In this document: positions 40,634-55,106 of the stretch, in pieces | Position numbering within the stretch: the stretch's first letter is position 1 | Layout: each line of letters begins with the position of its first letter | From: Anaeramoeba ignava BMAN | Taxonomy: Eukaryota; Protista; Anaeramoebae | Assembly: GCA_028826165.1 (NCBI GenBank) | Contig: JAPDFW010000070.1 | Span: forward strand, 372,001-436,000 | Direction of reading: 5' to 3' | Length of the DNA stretch: 64,000 nucleotides | Notes under the pieces: model-generated | What the model was told of the DNA's origin: nothing | Seen by the model: only the letters and a program-made list of their open reading frames with translations | The model's database searches: none | Program-made: the position numbers and the translations under genes

Positions 40634-43600
40634 TTAAAAATTCTTCTTTTTTCAAAACTTCACTTGAATTTACTTTTCCTTTTCCTTGTTTTGGCATTTT
40701 ATGAACTGAAGAAGAAATTTCTTTTAATTGATAAAAATGAGGAGCAATTTCAATAAGCCATTGAGGTTGAATCTAAATTAAAAATGAATTAAAAATTAAA
40801 AATGAATTAAAAATAAATTAAAAATAAATTAAAAATTAAAGATTTGAAATAAAAATTACTTCTGAAATTTGTCTCATATATTCTTTTGTTGTTTGAACGA
40901 CTTCAAAAAAAATAACCCATTTTGGAACTCGATTAAATAAAGCAGAAGTAGGATGAATAAAAACAGTTTGTTTTTTTTTCAAAGTTGAATAATCACCAGA
41001 ACGAGTAATATTTGAAGTATTAAAAAAGAATCCAGAAGTAATTGTCTAAGAAAAAGAAAAAGAAAAAGAAAAAGAAAAAGAAAAATTTTTTTATGAGAAC
41101 TTTTTTAAGAACTTTTTTAAATTTTAATTTTAAATTTAAATTTTACTTTTAATATCCCTTCATAATCAGTTGGATTTGAAACAAGTGGAATTTCCACTCT
41201 TTCACATAAATTCTCAATTTGATCACGAACATCTTTTGCTCTTTTCATTGAGCGATATTGAATATAATTTTCATAACACCATTGAATAGAATAGTTTGAG
41301 TCTCTCCATTGGTTATAAACATTAAGTAAACTTAAATGGTCACCAGTTTCATTGAAGAAATTCTTGCGAGCATTATCAGCATGAACTTCCTTATCTTTTG
41401 GACGATAAAAAATAGAGTTATTAACAGAAAGCATTGAAGCAATAGTAAGTATTTCCGAAGTAGTTTTATATTTTTCGGATGATATTATCATTTTTGACAT
41501 CATTGGATCCAATGGGAATTCAGCCATTCTTCTTCCCAATTTTGTCAGCTCTCCATCTTCATTTAAAGCAGCAAGTGCATATAATTGTTCGATTGATCTC
41601 ATAAGTGTTTCGCTTGGTGGCGGATCCAAAAAATCGAATCCGACAAGATCATCAATTCCAAGACTTTTTAACATTAAAACAACTGATGCTAAATTAGTTC
41701 TTTGAATTTCTGGAACTGTTTCATCATCAAGTTCGTTTTCAAATGACCATTTTGTGTATAATCGGAAGCATTTTCCTGGAGCTACTCTTCCTGCTCTTCC
41801 TGCTCTTTGAAGTGAGCTTGCCTTTGATATTGGTGCTACTATTAGTGATTCCATTCCGGTTCTTGGATTGTAATAGTTTTGTTTGCAGAATCCTGTATCG
41901 ATAACGTAGACTATTCCGTTGATTGTAAGAGATGTTTCTGCAATATTTGTAGCAAGAACAACCTTTTTTTAATTTTATTTAATTTGATTTAATTTTTGGA
42001 TTTAATTTTTGGATTTGATTTTAATTTGATTTTTGGATTGATTTTTATTTGATTTAATTTTTGGATTGGATTTTATTTAATTTTGGATTTAATTTTTGGA
42101 TTTAATTTTTGGATTTAATTTTTGGATTTAATTTTTGGATTTAATTTTTGGATTTAATTTTTGGATTTGATTAAATTTGATTTAATTTAATTTTTATTTA
42201 ATTTTGGTTGATTTTTATTTAATTTTTGGATTTGATTTTTATTTGATTTAATTTGATTTAATTTAATTTGATTTAATTTAATTTGATTTAATTTTAATTT
42301 TGATTTAATTTAATTTAATTTGATTTTGATTTGATTTAATTTTGATTTAATTTTAATTTAATTTTTATTTAATTTTGATTTAATTTTAATTTAATTTTAA
42401 TTTTAATTTAATTTAATTTAATTTTTATTTGATTTGATTTAATTTTTGGATTTGATTTTTATTTAATTTTATTTTTGGATTTGATTTAATTTAATTTTGA
42501 TTTAATTTTGATTTAATTTTATTTTTGGATTTGATTTTTATTTTGATTTTAATTTGATTTAATTTGATTTATTTTGATTTAATTTTGATTTAATTTTGAT
42601 TTAATTTTAATTTTAATTTGATTTAATTTGATTTAATTTTAATTGGATTTTTATTTTGATTTTTGGATTTTATTTGATTTAAATGGATTAATTACCTTTC
42701 TTGCACCAGGAGGTGTTTTTTCAAAAATTTTCACTTGCATATTAGAAGGAAGAGCAGAGTAAATAGGACAAATAATCAATTCACCAATTTTAGTACCTAA
42801 ACCATGAGTTCTCTGAGTAAGAATTTCAGTTGCCGCTTCAATTTCAGCCTGACCAGTTAAAAAAACAAGAATATCACCAGGAGGTTGAGTAAGATGAATC
42901 TGGAGAACGGAAACAATAGCAGCATCCAAATAATCCGCCTCTGGGGCTTTTGTATTGTAAATATCGACAGGAAACCTGCGACCAGGTATTTTATAAATAG
43001 GAGCATCATCGAAATATTTACTGAATTTAAACGCATCCATTGTTGCGGATGAAATGATAAGTTTGAGATCACTTCGATATCTTGCGAGATCCTTAACTAA
43101 CCCGAAAAGAATATCAGTATGAAGCGTGCGTTCATGCGCTTCATCGATCATGATGCAAGAATAGGAACCCAAATCAGGCTCACGAAGAAATTCTCTGAGC
43201 ATCATTCCATCAGTCATATATTTGACAACTGTTTTATCACTTGTACAATCCTCAAAACGGATTGCATATCCAACTTCCTTTCCCAAAGTGACCCCCATTT
43301 CATCCGCAACGCGCTTTGCTACGCTCATTGCGGCAACCCTTCTTGGCTGTGTGCATCCAACCTTCTTGCCGTTTTTTGTGTATCCGGATTCGTGCAGATA
43401 TTGGGTCAACTGCGTTGTTTTTCCGGATCCAGTTTCGCCAACAATAATAATCACTTGGTTGCTTGAAAGAAGATCGAGGATTTTTTGTCGATGCGCAAAT
43501 ATCGGAAGCGATTTTCGTTGTTCTTGGATTGACAGCTTTTCCTCTTCAATTTTCCGTTTTTTTTCCTCAATTGGATCTTCTTGTTCATCAATTTTGCCGG

Positions 43601-44462
43601 ACATGATTGCTTCTTTAATAAATTCGATCTGTTCGTCGGTTATGATTTCGTTCCCCTTTTTTTTTTCCTTGTCGCTTTTTCTCTTTCGCGCACCGTAGTG
43701 AAGATCTGCTTTTGAGATCTGGGAGTTTTCCCAGCGTTGTTGGGTATTTTCATCGACTTCGCTTGGATCGTACACAAGTTGTGCAGTAAGCGCTTCCCAT
43801 TGTTTTTGACGATCTATTCCTCCCGATTCTTTTGAGTAATCTTTCGGCACTCGATAACCAGAAGAAAGTTGATCAACTTGTTGAAGATCGCCAAATTGTT
43901 CGACCATTTCCAACATGTTTTTATTAATTTGGTTCAATTTGTATTCTCTTTCAGTTATCGGTAAATGACTATACAGTTTCTCGAAGTCCAAAAGTTCCTG
44001 CTTCATCAGATCAACAACCTCTCCTGCTCTTTTGCTTAAATATTTATATCGTGATTCTTTTTTTAATTCTTCTAATTGGTTCTGTATCATTTTTTTTTGC
44101 TCTTCAAAATTTTCAGTTGTAAGTCTTTCTATGCCGCTTTTTTGTTCGTTGTTTTCTTTCTTAATCGTTCCTCTTTTTTCTCTTAATTCTCCTTCTCCAT
44201 ATTTTTTTGTGTTTTGTTCATCCCGTTCATTCAATCTTTCTACAAATTGATCCCGCATTTTCCGCTCTTTTTCTTTTTCTTTTTCTTTATTTTCAACCGT
44301 TTTTTCTTGTTTTTCCCATTCGTATTCTGAGACTGTTCTATTTTGTGTCTCCATTTCTTTGTGCGAACGTTTGATTTCCGTTATTTCTGTTGATTGTAAA
44401 TCTTCTTGATGTATTTCTCTTGATTTTATATTTCTTTTATGTTTTCTATTTTCTGTTGACAT
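40634..44462 (-). CDS. DHX16: DEAH-box splicing helicase DHX16/Prp2-like
   Basis: [45 protein letters not shown]; N-terminal ESRYKYL..EQLL region is DHX16-like; introns at ~41965-42695, ~41046-41147 and ~40773-40859. Confidence 0.88.
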
Positions 44463-44566
44463 TTAAAATGATGAAAAAAAAAGAAAAGCGAAAAAAAAAA
44501 TGAAAAAAACTTTTTCCGATTTTAAAAAAATTAATTTTCATTTTTTTCTTTTTTTTCTTTTTTGAA

Positions 44567-47500
44567 ATGAAATGTAAAAAAAATTAATTGAAAAAAAAAA
44601 TAAAAATTAATTTAAATTTTAAATTTAAATTAATAAAAAAAACAGCTTGTTTTGCAAGTCTTACAAATGTTAGTGGCGATATTCCTATTGAAAGAGCCGC
44701 TCATTCTGTCTGTATTTATGAAGATAAAATGTATATTTTTGGCGGATATAATATTTCGAAATATTTGAATGATATTTATAGTTTCTCTTTTAGTAATTAA
44801 AATTAAAATTCATTTATAAAATTAAAATTCATTTATAAAATTAAAATTCATTTATAAAATTAAATTAATTTATAAAATTAAATTCGAAATTAAAATTAAA
44901 TTCGAAATTAAAATTAAATTCGAAATTAAAATTCATTTATAAAATTAAAATAGCAAATAAAATTTGGAAAAAAGAATCTAATTCAGAAAATAAACCAATT
45001 GAAAGGAGATGGAGTTCTAGTGTTCTTTTTAATAATAAAATATGGATTTTTGGAGGTTATCAAAATATTGAGCAAAGATTTAATGATGTTTATTATTTTG
45101 ATTTAATCAATCAAGAATGGACTGGTCCAATTCAATCTGAAAATGCTCCTTCTCCAAGATATAGTCATACTGCTGTTGTATATAATAATAAAATGTGGGT
45201 TTTTGGAGGTAATTTGTAAATTAATAAATCAATGAAATTTTTGAAATTAAAATATTTCAAATTTATTAGGATTTGATGGAAGTGTTCAATCAAATAGTGT
45301 TTATACTTTCGATTTTGGTTAGTTTTTTATTGAACAGAATTTAAAAACTCATTTTAAAAATTGAATTAAAGCATTTAAATCATTTTATAATTATAATATT
45401 TATATTTATATTATTTATAATATTTATATTTATAATTATATTTATATTTATATTTATATTTATATTTATATTTATATTTATAATTATAATATTTATAATA
45501 TTTATATTTATAATATTTATATTTATATTTATAATTATAATTATATTTATATTTATATTTATATTAATGAATTTAGCAACTTTTAATTGGGAAGGTCCAA
45601 TAAAAACAGTTGGACAACCCCCTAAACCAAGAGCTGGTCATACAACAGTCATTTATAAACAAAAAGCTTATATTTTTGGAGGGTAAATCAAACTGAAAAT
45701 AATTATCTAAAATTTATTATAATCTTTTTTAATTTTGTAAATAAAATTAAAGATATAATAAATTAGTTAGTTATTTAAATGATGTTTATTCATTTGATTT
45801 TCAATCTTTTGAATGGACATTTCATCAAACTTCCGGTAGTCAACCATCTGTTAGATCTTTACATTCAGCTTCAATATTTCAACATTATCTTTATATTTAT
45901 GGAGGGTAATCAAAATCAAATTAAAATCAAAATCAAAATTAAATTCAAATCAAAATCAAAATCAAATCAAATCAAATTAAATTAAATTAAATCAAATCAA
46001 ATTAAATTAAATCAAATCAAATCAAAATTAAATTAAATTAAATCAAAATCAAATCAAATCAAATTAAATTAAATTAAATCAAATCAAATTAAATTAAATC
46101 AAATTAAATCAAATTAAATCAAATCAAATCAAAATTTAAATCAAAATCAAATCAAAATCAAAATCAAAATCAAATTAAATCAAATCAAAATCAAATCAAA
46201 TCAAATCAAATTAAATCAAAATCAAATCAAAATAAAAATCAAAATCAAATCAAATCAAATTAAATTAAATCAAATCAAATCAAAATCAAATCAAATTAAA
46301 TTAAATTAAATTAAATCAAATCAAAATTAAATTAAAATTAAATCAAATTAAAATTAAATCAAATTAAATCAAAATCAAATCAAATTCAATCAAATCAAAT
46401 CAAATTAAAATTAAATTAAATTAAATCAAATCAAATCAAATCAAATCAAATCAAAATCAAATTAAATCAAATTAAATCAAATTAAATCAAATCAAATTAA
46501 ATTAAATCAAAATTTAAATCAAATTCAAATTAAAAATCAAAATCAAAATCAAAATTAAATTAAATCAAATCAAATCAAATCAAAATCAAATTAAATTAAA
46601 TTAAATTAAATCAAAATTAAATTAAATCAAAATTAAATAAAATCGAATCAAATCAAATCAAAATTAAATTCAAATCAAAATCAAAATCAAATCAAATCAA
46701 TTTAAATCAAAATCAAAATCAAATCAAATCAAAATCAAAATCAAAATCAAAATCAAAATCAAATCAAATCAAATCAAATCAAATCAAATCAAATCAAAAT
46801 CAAATCAAATCAAATCAAATCAAAATTAAAATTAATTTCAAAATCAAATCAAATCAAATCAAATCAAATCAAATTAAATCAAAATTAAAATCAAATCAAA
46901 TCAAATTAAATCAAAATCAAATTAAATCGAAATCAAATCAAATCAAATCAAAATCAAAATCAAAATTTAAAATCAAAATCAAATCAAAATTAAATTCAAA
47001 ATCAAATCAAATCAAATCAAATCAAAATCAAATTAAAAATTAATTTCAAAATCAAATTCAAAATCAAATTCAGTTATAACCAAAAATGGCATGATGACTT
47101 ATATTGTTTAAATATGGAAACCTTTGAATGGCAACAAATAAAAGTTATTGGAAGAATACTAAATGCTTGTTACGGCCATTCATCAGTTATTTACCAAGGA
47201 AATTTATATCTATTTGGAGGATACTCAAACAAAGATGATAAAAGAAATTTTTTCAACTCATTAATCTCATTCAGATTCCACTCAATTTTAGCACAAGATT
47301 TGAGGAAATTTTTCAAAAGACAAGAACTTTGTGATATCGTTTACAAAACAAAAAACGGCAAATTAGGCGCTCATCAATGCATACTTCAAGCAAGATGCGG
47401 AAATTGGGAAATGATTTCATCTTTAGTATCAAATCAAAAATATCATGTTGTGAAATCACTTTTTGAATACATTTATTCAGGAATCATTTCCTTCAAAAAA

Positions 47501-48550
47501 TTCAGCATTGATGATTATCTTTCTCTTCTTTTCTTATGCTCCGAATTGAATATTTCACGTTTACTTAAAGAATGCAAGAGAACTATCACATGTTTTATGA
47601 ATCCGAATAACGTAGTAAGCATGCTTTTGTTTGCAGAGAATTGGTCATTGAAATTCCTTAAGGAAATATGCTACAGATTTATCATCACAAACAAAGAAAG
47701 TGTCGGAACAAATTTGGATTCAAGACTAACTCAATATCCAGAACTCATGCTTGAATATATAAAGCTTCTCTCTGCCCCTTCTTTCGAGGATTTTGCAATT
47801 CAATTCCATTATTCATCCGAAAATGATCGCGAACATGACACGAACACAAACCTTGTTATTCATGAAAATTCACAAAATTCACGAATTTCAAATAATGGAG
47901 ATTACGAAATGGTTTTGGAACCAATTTTGATTTCAAATGAAAAATCAATCTCAACAAAAATGTTGCAATATCTCGACTACTCAAGTGTGATTGATATTGA
48001 GGATACGGAACTCTCACGAGATTATGAGAAAATGTTACTGAACAACAAAACAAAAGATTTCAAAATCAAAGTTGGTGATGAATATGTGCTTGTTCACAAG
48101 GCAATTCTTGCAGCAAGGAGTGATTTATTTCGTGGGATGTTGATTTCAGTGACAAATGATTTCTCTAATTGTGCCCCCGAAGTAAGTGGAAGAAGTTTTG
48201 AATCTGTTCAAGCCTTAGTCAAAATTATGTATACTGGTTCAACTTCTCATATTGAATATAATACAGCAATAGAATTGATAAATGCTTCAGATTATTATGG
48301 TTTAAATAGAGAATTTCAATTGGATACTAAATGTATTCAAGTTATTGCTAATAATCTTCATGTTGGAAATGCTCTTCATGTTCTTGAAAAATCTTTGTTT
48401 TTTAAAGTGCCAAGTCTTAAAGAACTTGCTTTAAGATTTATTATTAAAAATGGTCATCATTTACTTGAAGATCCTTCATTTATTGAAACTGAAAATTATG
48501 ATATTTTGAAAGAAATTATTCATGCTTTGATTACAAATGTTTATTTTTAA
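44567..48550 (+). CDS. Kelch-repeat + tandem BTB protein (LZTR1-like)
   Basis: Repeated R-x-x-H-(S/T)..(I/V)FGG Kelch motifs on short exons; AHQCILQARC and VHKAILAARSDLFRGML BTB domains; probable 7-nt start exon ATGAAAT at 44567-44573. Confidence 0.82.
45910..47070. repeat. (AAATC/AAAATC/AAATT)n intronic microsatellite
   Basis: Mixed 5/6-mer array in the Kelch-BTB intron. Confidence 0.9.
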
Positions 48551-48757
48551 AAAGGAACAAAAATATAAACATAAAATCATAATAAAAAATAATGAGATGT
48601 TTTTGAGATTTTTTTTAATGAATTTTTGAATTTGAATTTGAATTTAAATTTGAATTTGAAAGAAAAAGAAATTTCTTTCCAAAAATTGATTAAAGAAATT
48701 TGTTTTTTTAATTCATTTCTTTCCAAAAATTGATTCAAGAAATTTCTTTTTTTTAAT

Positions 48758-51040
48758 TCATTTCTTTCCAAAAATTGATTCAAGAAATGCTTCTTCATTT
48801 GGTTCTCTTCCTAAAAATTCTTTTAATAATTCCATTGCATCTCTTTTACCGCCTTGAGATAAAATTGTTTGTCTTAATTGTTTACCAACAACAGAAGATA
48901 ATAAACCTTCTTTTTTAAAACGTTGGAAAATATCAAGACTAAAAACTTCTGACCAAAGATAACTATAATAACCAGCATGATACCTTTTTTTAATTTTAAT
49001 TTTAATTTGAATTTTATATTGAATTTTATATTTAATTTAAATTGAATTTTATATTTAATTTTAAATTTTATATTTAATTTTAAATTGAATTTAAATTGAT
49101 TTTATATTGAATTTTAATTTTAATTTTATATTGAATTTTAAATTGAATTTTAATTTTAAATTTTATATTGAATTTTATATTTAATTTAAATTTTATATTG
49201 AATTTTAATTTTATATTTAATTTTAATTTTATAAATGAATTTGAATTTTATATTAAATTTTATATTGAATTTCAATTTACATCGACATCAAATGACCAAA
49301 TGTATTAGCAAGTGTTGTTCCTTCAATTTGTTCAATTAAACAAATCTTTTTACGAATTTCTCTTGTCAATTTATAAGTATCACTTTTCTCTTGAGAATGA
49401 ACATTTTGGTCAAAAATACCGAAGAAAAGTTGTCTTCTATAAAACAAACCAGCATCAACATTCTTAGCATTAGTCATTTTCTGAATTAACTCAATAGGAA
49501 GTGGATCATTTGATTTATAATGAAGAGAAATCTTTTTAAGAGAGTCTTCCTGCCAAACCCAATTCTCACACATTTGCGAAGGAGTTTCAACGAAGTCGAG
49601 ATCAACACGAGTTCCAGAAAAACGTATAATATCAACCGTTGAGCACAACTCATGCATTAAGTGCCCAAATTCGTGAAACATTGTTTTCACTTCTGAATGC
49701 TTGAGCAGCGACGGTTTGTCCTTGGTTGGTTTTGTAAAGTTGCAAATCATTGCTGCAATTGGATATTGTCTTGTTCCATCGGGTTTTTTGCATGAATGTC
49801 TAATCGAAAATTCAGCTGCATGTCCATATTTTCCTTCACGTGGAAATAAATCTAGATAAAAATGTCCAACAAAATCCTTTTTTTCTGAATCGTAAATTTC
49901 AAATAATTTCACTTCTTCATGCCAAACTTTCATTTTTTCTTCGGGATTATTAAAATCAATAGCAACTTGTTTAAAATCCAATCCCAAAACTTGCTGAAAA
50001 ATTTCAAGCATTCCTTCAATCACTTTTTCCAACGGAAAATACTGAGAAATAACATTATCATCGACTTGATATTTTGTTTCCAATAGTAATTTATGATAAT
50101 ATCTAAAGTCCCAATCCTCAATAACAACCTCTTGATCATCGGGAATTTTCAATTCTTCTCTTTTAAGTTTTCTTAAAACTTCAAGTTCACTTTCTCCTGG
50201 AAGTTTTTCACACAAACTGTTAAGGAAATTCATCACCGTCTCTGGCTTTTTCGCCATCCGTATATCAAGTGCGAACTCTGCATGTGTTTTGAATCCAAGT
50301 AGGTTCGCGATTTGATGCCGAAGCTCAAGTGTTTCCTCAAATAATTTCGTGTTTTCTTCTTTTGATCTTGAATTGAATTCGAATAAAACTTTTTTTCGTG
50401 TATTCCCCACTTTGCATTTCTCAAGAATTGGGAAAACGTGCGGATATTTCAATGTAATTACATACTTCTCTTCTTGCTTTTCAAGATCGTTTATCAAGTC
50501 TTCATTCAATCCTTCGAGCTCTTGCTTATCAAATAAAAGTTTCGTTTTATCTTCATTTAAATTTTTTGAATATTTGATTGAATTTTCCGTTATTTTCTTT
50601 TTTTTGCTTTTCATTTCTTCCCGTTTTTCTTTTTCCAAATCAAGACCGTTTCTTTTAAAATCGCGGATCAATCTTTCAAGAAAGCGTTTCTGTTCATGAT
50701 CCAATTCTTCAGTAAGTGTTTCTTGATAATTTTTAACGGAAATAAAAACATCTTCTCTCATGCTCATATCAATAAAAAATTTGCTTAGTTTTTCATCGGC
50801 TTCTCGTGATGTGTCCCGTACTTTTGCATCAGGATATGTTTCGCTTAAAAGTCCTACTATGCATTCCCAATTGGAACTTTCTCTTTCTTCTTCTATTAAT
50901 GCTAATAGTGTGTTTGTATATGTATTTTCTCCTTTTTTTAGTTTTGCTATTTCATCATATGTTTTTTGACTTTTTGCTATTATTTCATCTGTTTTTGTTG
51001 TTATTTGTTCAGGTGTGTAATTCCATTTAAGACACTCCAT
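48758..51040 (-). CDS. M3A metallopeptidase (thimet oligopeptidase/neurolysin-like)
   Basis: FYLDLFPREGKYGHAA, FHEFGH zinc motif, DFVETPSQMCENW, last exon YHAGYYSYLWSEV..FLGREPN. Confidence 0.93.
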
Positions 51041-51504
51041 TTTCTTTTTAAAAGAAAAAAAATGAAAAATGAAAAAAGAAAAATTTAAAACAAAAAATTT
51101 AAAACAAAAATTTAAAACAAATTTATTTTGAGTTTATAAGCTTTATTCATAAAATCTTTTTAATTTAAATTTCTAAATTTCTTTTTTTTTGTTTAAAATT
51201 CTAATTTTATTATTTTCTCGATTCATTTCCGTTAATTAAATAAAACAAAAGAAATAGAAGAACATCTCAAAGATTTTTTCCATGATAACTTCAAAATATG
51301 CTTTTAAATAGATTTTGGAATAATTCTTAATATTCTAATGCTCTCTTTTTTTTCTTGGAGATTAACAGCAAAATCCTAATTAATTATTAAACCTTTTTTT
51401 TTTTTTAATTGAGATGTAAAAATTTGTTTTGTTTTTTATTTTTCATTTTCAAAAAAAAGAAAAGAAAAAAATGAAAAAATGAAAAAATGAAAAAATGAAA
51501 AAAT

Positions 51505-53080
51505 GAAATTGATTTAGAAATTGATTTAGAAATTGATTTAGAAATTGATTTAGAAATGGAATTGAAATTGATTTAGAAATGAATTGATTTAGAAATTGAT
51601 TTAGAAATTGAAATTTTGAAATTGAAATTGATTTTGAAATTGATTTAGAAATTGATTTAGAAATTGATTTAGAAATTGATTTAGAAATTGATTTTGAAAT
51701 TGATTTTGAAATTGATTTAGAAATTGATTTTGAAATTGATTTTGAAATTGATTTTGAAATTGATTTAGAAATTGATTTTGAAGAAATTGATTTAGAAATT
51801 GATTTTGAAATTGATTTAGAAATTGATTTTGAAATTGATTTAGAAATTGATTTGAAATTGATTTAGAAATTGATTTTGAAATTGATTTAGAAATTGATTT
51901 AGAAATTGATTTTGAAATTGAAATTGATTTAGAAATTGATTTTGAAATTGATTTGAAATTGATTTGAAATTGATTTTGAAATTGATTTTGAAATTGAAAT
52001 TGATTTTGAAATTGATTTTGAAATTGATTTAAATTGATTTGAAATTGATTTTGAAATTGATTTAGAAATTGATTTGAAATTGATTTAGAAATTGATTTAG
52101 AAATTGATTTTGAAATTGATTTGAAATTGATTTAGAAATTGATTTAGAAATTGATTTTGAAATTGATTTAGAAATTGATTTAGAAATTGATTTAGAAATT
52201 AATTTAGAAATTGATTTTGAAATTGATTTTGAAATTGATTTAGAAATTGATTTTGAAATTGATTTAGAAATTGATTTTGAAATTGATTTAGAAATTGATT
52301 TAGAAATTGATTTGAAATTGATTTAGAAATTGATTTTGAAATTGATTTAGAAATTGATTTTGAAATTGATTTGAAATTGATTTTGAAATTGATTTAGAAA
52401 TTGATTTAGAAATTGATTTTGAAATTGATTTAGAAATTGATTTGAAATTGATTTTGAAATTGATTTAGAAATTGATTTAGAAATTGATTTAGAAATTGAT
52501 TTTGAAATTGATTTAGAAATTGATTTTGAAATTGATTTAGAAATTGATTTAGAATTTGAAATTGATTTAGAAAATTTAAAAATTTGAAATTGATTGAAAT
52601 TGAGAAATTGATTTGATTTAGAAAATTGGTTGATTTGAAATTGATTTAAAATTGATTTAGAAATTGAATTGAAATTGATTTAGAAATTGATTTTGAAATT
52701 GATTTAGAAATTGATTTTGAAATTGATTTTGAAATTGATTTTGAAATTGATTTAGAAATTGATTTTGAAATTGATTTAGAAATTGATTTTGAAATTGATT
52801 TAGAAATTGATTTAGAAATTGATTTAAAAATTGATTTAGAAATTGATTTAGAAATTGATTTAAAAATTGATTTAGAAATTGAAATTGATTTAGAAATTGA
52901 AATTGATTTAGAAATTGAAATTGATTTTGAAATTGATTTAGAAATTGAAATTGAAATTGATTTCGATTTAGAAATTGATTTTGAAATTGATTTAGAAATT
53001 GATTTAGAAATTGATTTCGATTTTGAAATTGTTTTTGATTTCGATTTTAAAATTGTTTTTGATTTGGATTTAAAATTGTT
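51505..53080. repeat. Intergenic 12-bp minisatellite (GAAATTGATTTA/GAAATTGATTTT)
   Basis: About 1.5 kb of direct tandem repeats immediately after the stop codon of the 53091-55004 gene. Confidence 0.95.
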
Positions 53081-53090
53081 TTTAATTATT

Positions 53091-55004
53091 CTATTTCTTT
53101 TTTGGTTTCTCCTCTCTTTTTTCATTATAAGCTTTTTCAAACCAATCATCAGCATTTAAAGGATGAAAACTTCCAATTAATTGTTGACCAGGATTTGTAA
53201 CAATCCATTCAATAGCAAAATTCCTTGACATATTAACATAAAACTTGTCTGCAAGTTTTTGGAAAGCCAAAATATCTTCTTCATCTTGCCATTCATAACA
53301 CCAAAACAACCAACCATGAGATTGAACAAAATTCCTCATATCAGCTGTTGTTGAAGCAAGATCGGTACCAATTCCACAAGTAACTTTTGGAAAACAAGTA
53401 GTTGATCTGCAATATCTCCAATAACTGTTGACAAGCAACCGTTTTTTTCGAAGGCAAAAAATGACTTTTTCTGGTTCAATTTCGGGACCAAATGGAACAT
53501 GAACTGCCGAGTAATCTGAATAGGGAATTCCTGTCTCGTATTTTGCAAATTTGTTGGCTAATTCCGCAAAATCAGGTTCTGGAAGCATTTCTTTGAAATG
53601 TTTGTGGAAATAACTTTTTTCGAGAATCCGAATCTCACGGAATTCCCAAGTATCCTTATCAAACATATAAAGTCTCTTGCTTTTATCATAGGGATCATTT
53701 AGAACTTCATATTGTTTATCATCATGTTTTGTTTTTTCAATTTCCATTTGATTTTCTTTTTTATTTTTATTTTTATTTTTATTATTTTTTTTTTGGTTCG
53801 TTCTGGTTTTTGCTTTCTCATAAATAGCGGGATTATCTTCCCAGCCAAACTTATCAAGAAGAAGTAACTTCGCCAATCCAAGTGCTTGTTTGTGATTTGG
53901 GAACTTTAAGAAAATGGATTGGTCAACTCTTTTTGGGTCATAATCAGGAATAACAACGGCAAACCCTCGAAAATGATATTTATAGAGTCTGTATTCATAA
54001 GAGGGCGATCGTCGAGATAAATCGATAAGATTGTATTGCTTTGTGAGAGCGCGGCAGCATCGGTAATTCATTAAGATTTCCTTGCCGTTATATCCAACTG
54101 CACACGAATCAACATCGAACCCAAGAAGAACCTCTGCTGGAGATTTATACAAACGGAAGATGATTTGGATGTTGCGGTACGGATACAACGAGAATAATGT
54201 GAGACATCTTAAAGACCGAACAACATAAACTTGATGCGGATTTTCGTTTTTGACCAACGCGATAATTTGTTCCACTTTTTTTTTTGCTTGTATTTTATTC
54301 AGTCCATAAATAAAGATGTCAATATCCGATTTTGCATAGCACGGATTTTCCAGATAGTATTTGCGGTGGTTAAGCTTCGTCGATGTAACTTCGCTCGGCA
54401 AATCCTGAAGGCAGGCAAGAACGGATCCGCCGGCAACAATGATATTATTCCAATCTAAACTGTCTAATTGATTCTCAGTAAAAATGTCAAAATTTTTCTT
54501 GAAATTTTCAAATTTGGGAGTGATTGAAAGACCAGATATTTTTCGCTCAAAATCCTTCGGAATTAATAACTTGGGCACGTTTTCTTCGTATTCATCCCAT
54601 TTTTTATATTCAAGTCTTTCTAGAAATTTATATGGATCAAATGATAATAAAAAAGGATCATTTAATTTTGGATCTTTTCTTTTTTTCGCAAATAAATATC
54701 GATATCCTTGTTCAATTTCCATAAGTTTTCGATTGAAAATTTCTGAACCTTTTTTTTGGAAAATTTCATTGAATTCTTTTCTTAAATAAAATTCACAAAA
54801 AACTGGAAATGAAGTGTGATTCACTATTTCTTGTAGTAATTCTTTTGGAATTTGTTTGTATTTTTCAATATTAGTTTGAAAATTTTGTGTTGTTTCAAGA
54901 CTTTTGACAGCTTGTAAAAAGCAAATATTTTTTAATGAAGGAATTGGTTGAATTTTTTTTCTTTTTGTTTTTGTTGTTGTTTTTGTTTTTCTTGCTTTTT
55001 TCAT
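53091..55004 (-). CDS. Uncharacterised protein with a Pol-beta-superfamily nucleotidyltransferase-like domain
   Basis: Intronless 637 aa; IIVAGGSVLACL..SDIDIFIYGL, IQIIFRLYKSPAEVLLGFDVD, RRSPSYEYRLYKY..RGF. Confidence 0.7.
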   Translation of the reverse strand: MKKARKTKTTTKTKRKKIQPIPSLKNICFLQAVKSLETTQNFQTNIEKYKQIPKELLQEIVNHTSFPVFCEFYLRKEFNEIFQKKGSEIFNRKLMEIEQGYRYLFAKKRKDPKLNDPFLLSFDPYKFLERLEYKKWDEYEENVPKLLIPKDFERKISGLSITPKFENFKKNFDIFTENQLDSLDWNNIIVAGGSVLACLQDLPSEVTSTKLNHRKYYLENPCYAKSDIDIFIYGLNKIQAKKKVEQIIALVKNENPHQVYVVRSLRCLTLFSLYPYRNIQIIFRLYKSPAEVLLGFDVDSCAVGYNGKEILMNYRCCRALTKQYNLIDLSRRSPSYEYRLYKYHFRGFAVVIPDYDPKRVDQSIFLKFPNHKQALGLAKLLLLDKFGWEDNPAIYEKAKTRTNQKKNNKNKNKNKKENQMEIEKTKHDDKQYEVLNDPYDKSKRLYMFDKDTWEFREIRILEKSYFHKHFKEMLPEPDFAELANKFAKYETGIPYSDYSAVHVPFGPEIEPEKVIFCLRKKRLLVNSYWRYCRSTTCFPKVTCGIGTDLASTTADMRNFVQSHGWLFWCYEWQDEEDILAFQKLADKFYVNMSRNFAIEWIVTNPGQQLIGSFHPLNADDWFEKAYNEKREEKPKKK

Positions 55005-55106
55005 TTTGATTTAAATTTAATTTTAAAAAAAAAAATGAATTAAGAAAATTTTTTTTTAATTTTTTTTTTTCATTTTTTTTTTTGTTTTTAAAATTTTTTT
55101 TTGTTT

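Noticed and set aside
42651-44462. Inteins in P-loop genes (DHX16, RNF213-like) or TOP3A
   Set aside because: Conserved motifs are contiguous; no C..HN|C/S/T insertions or LAGLIDADG motifs seen.
51505-53155. Regular repeat array / (SISK)n ORF as a CRISPR array, telomere or protein
   Set aside because: No unique spacers, not G-rich, internal location; the ORF is an artefact of a stop-free 12-mer.
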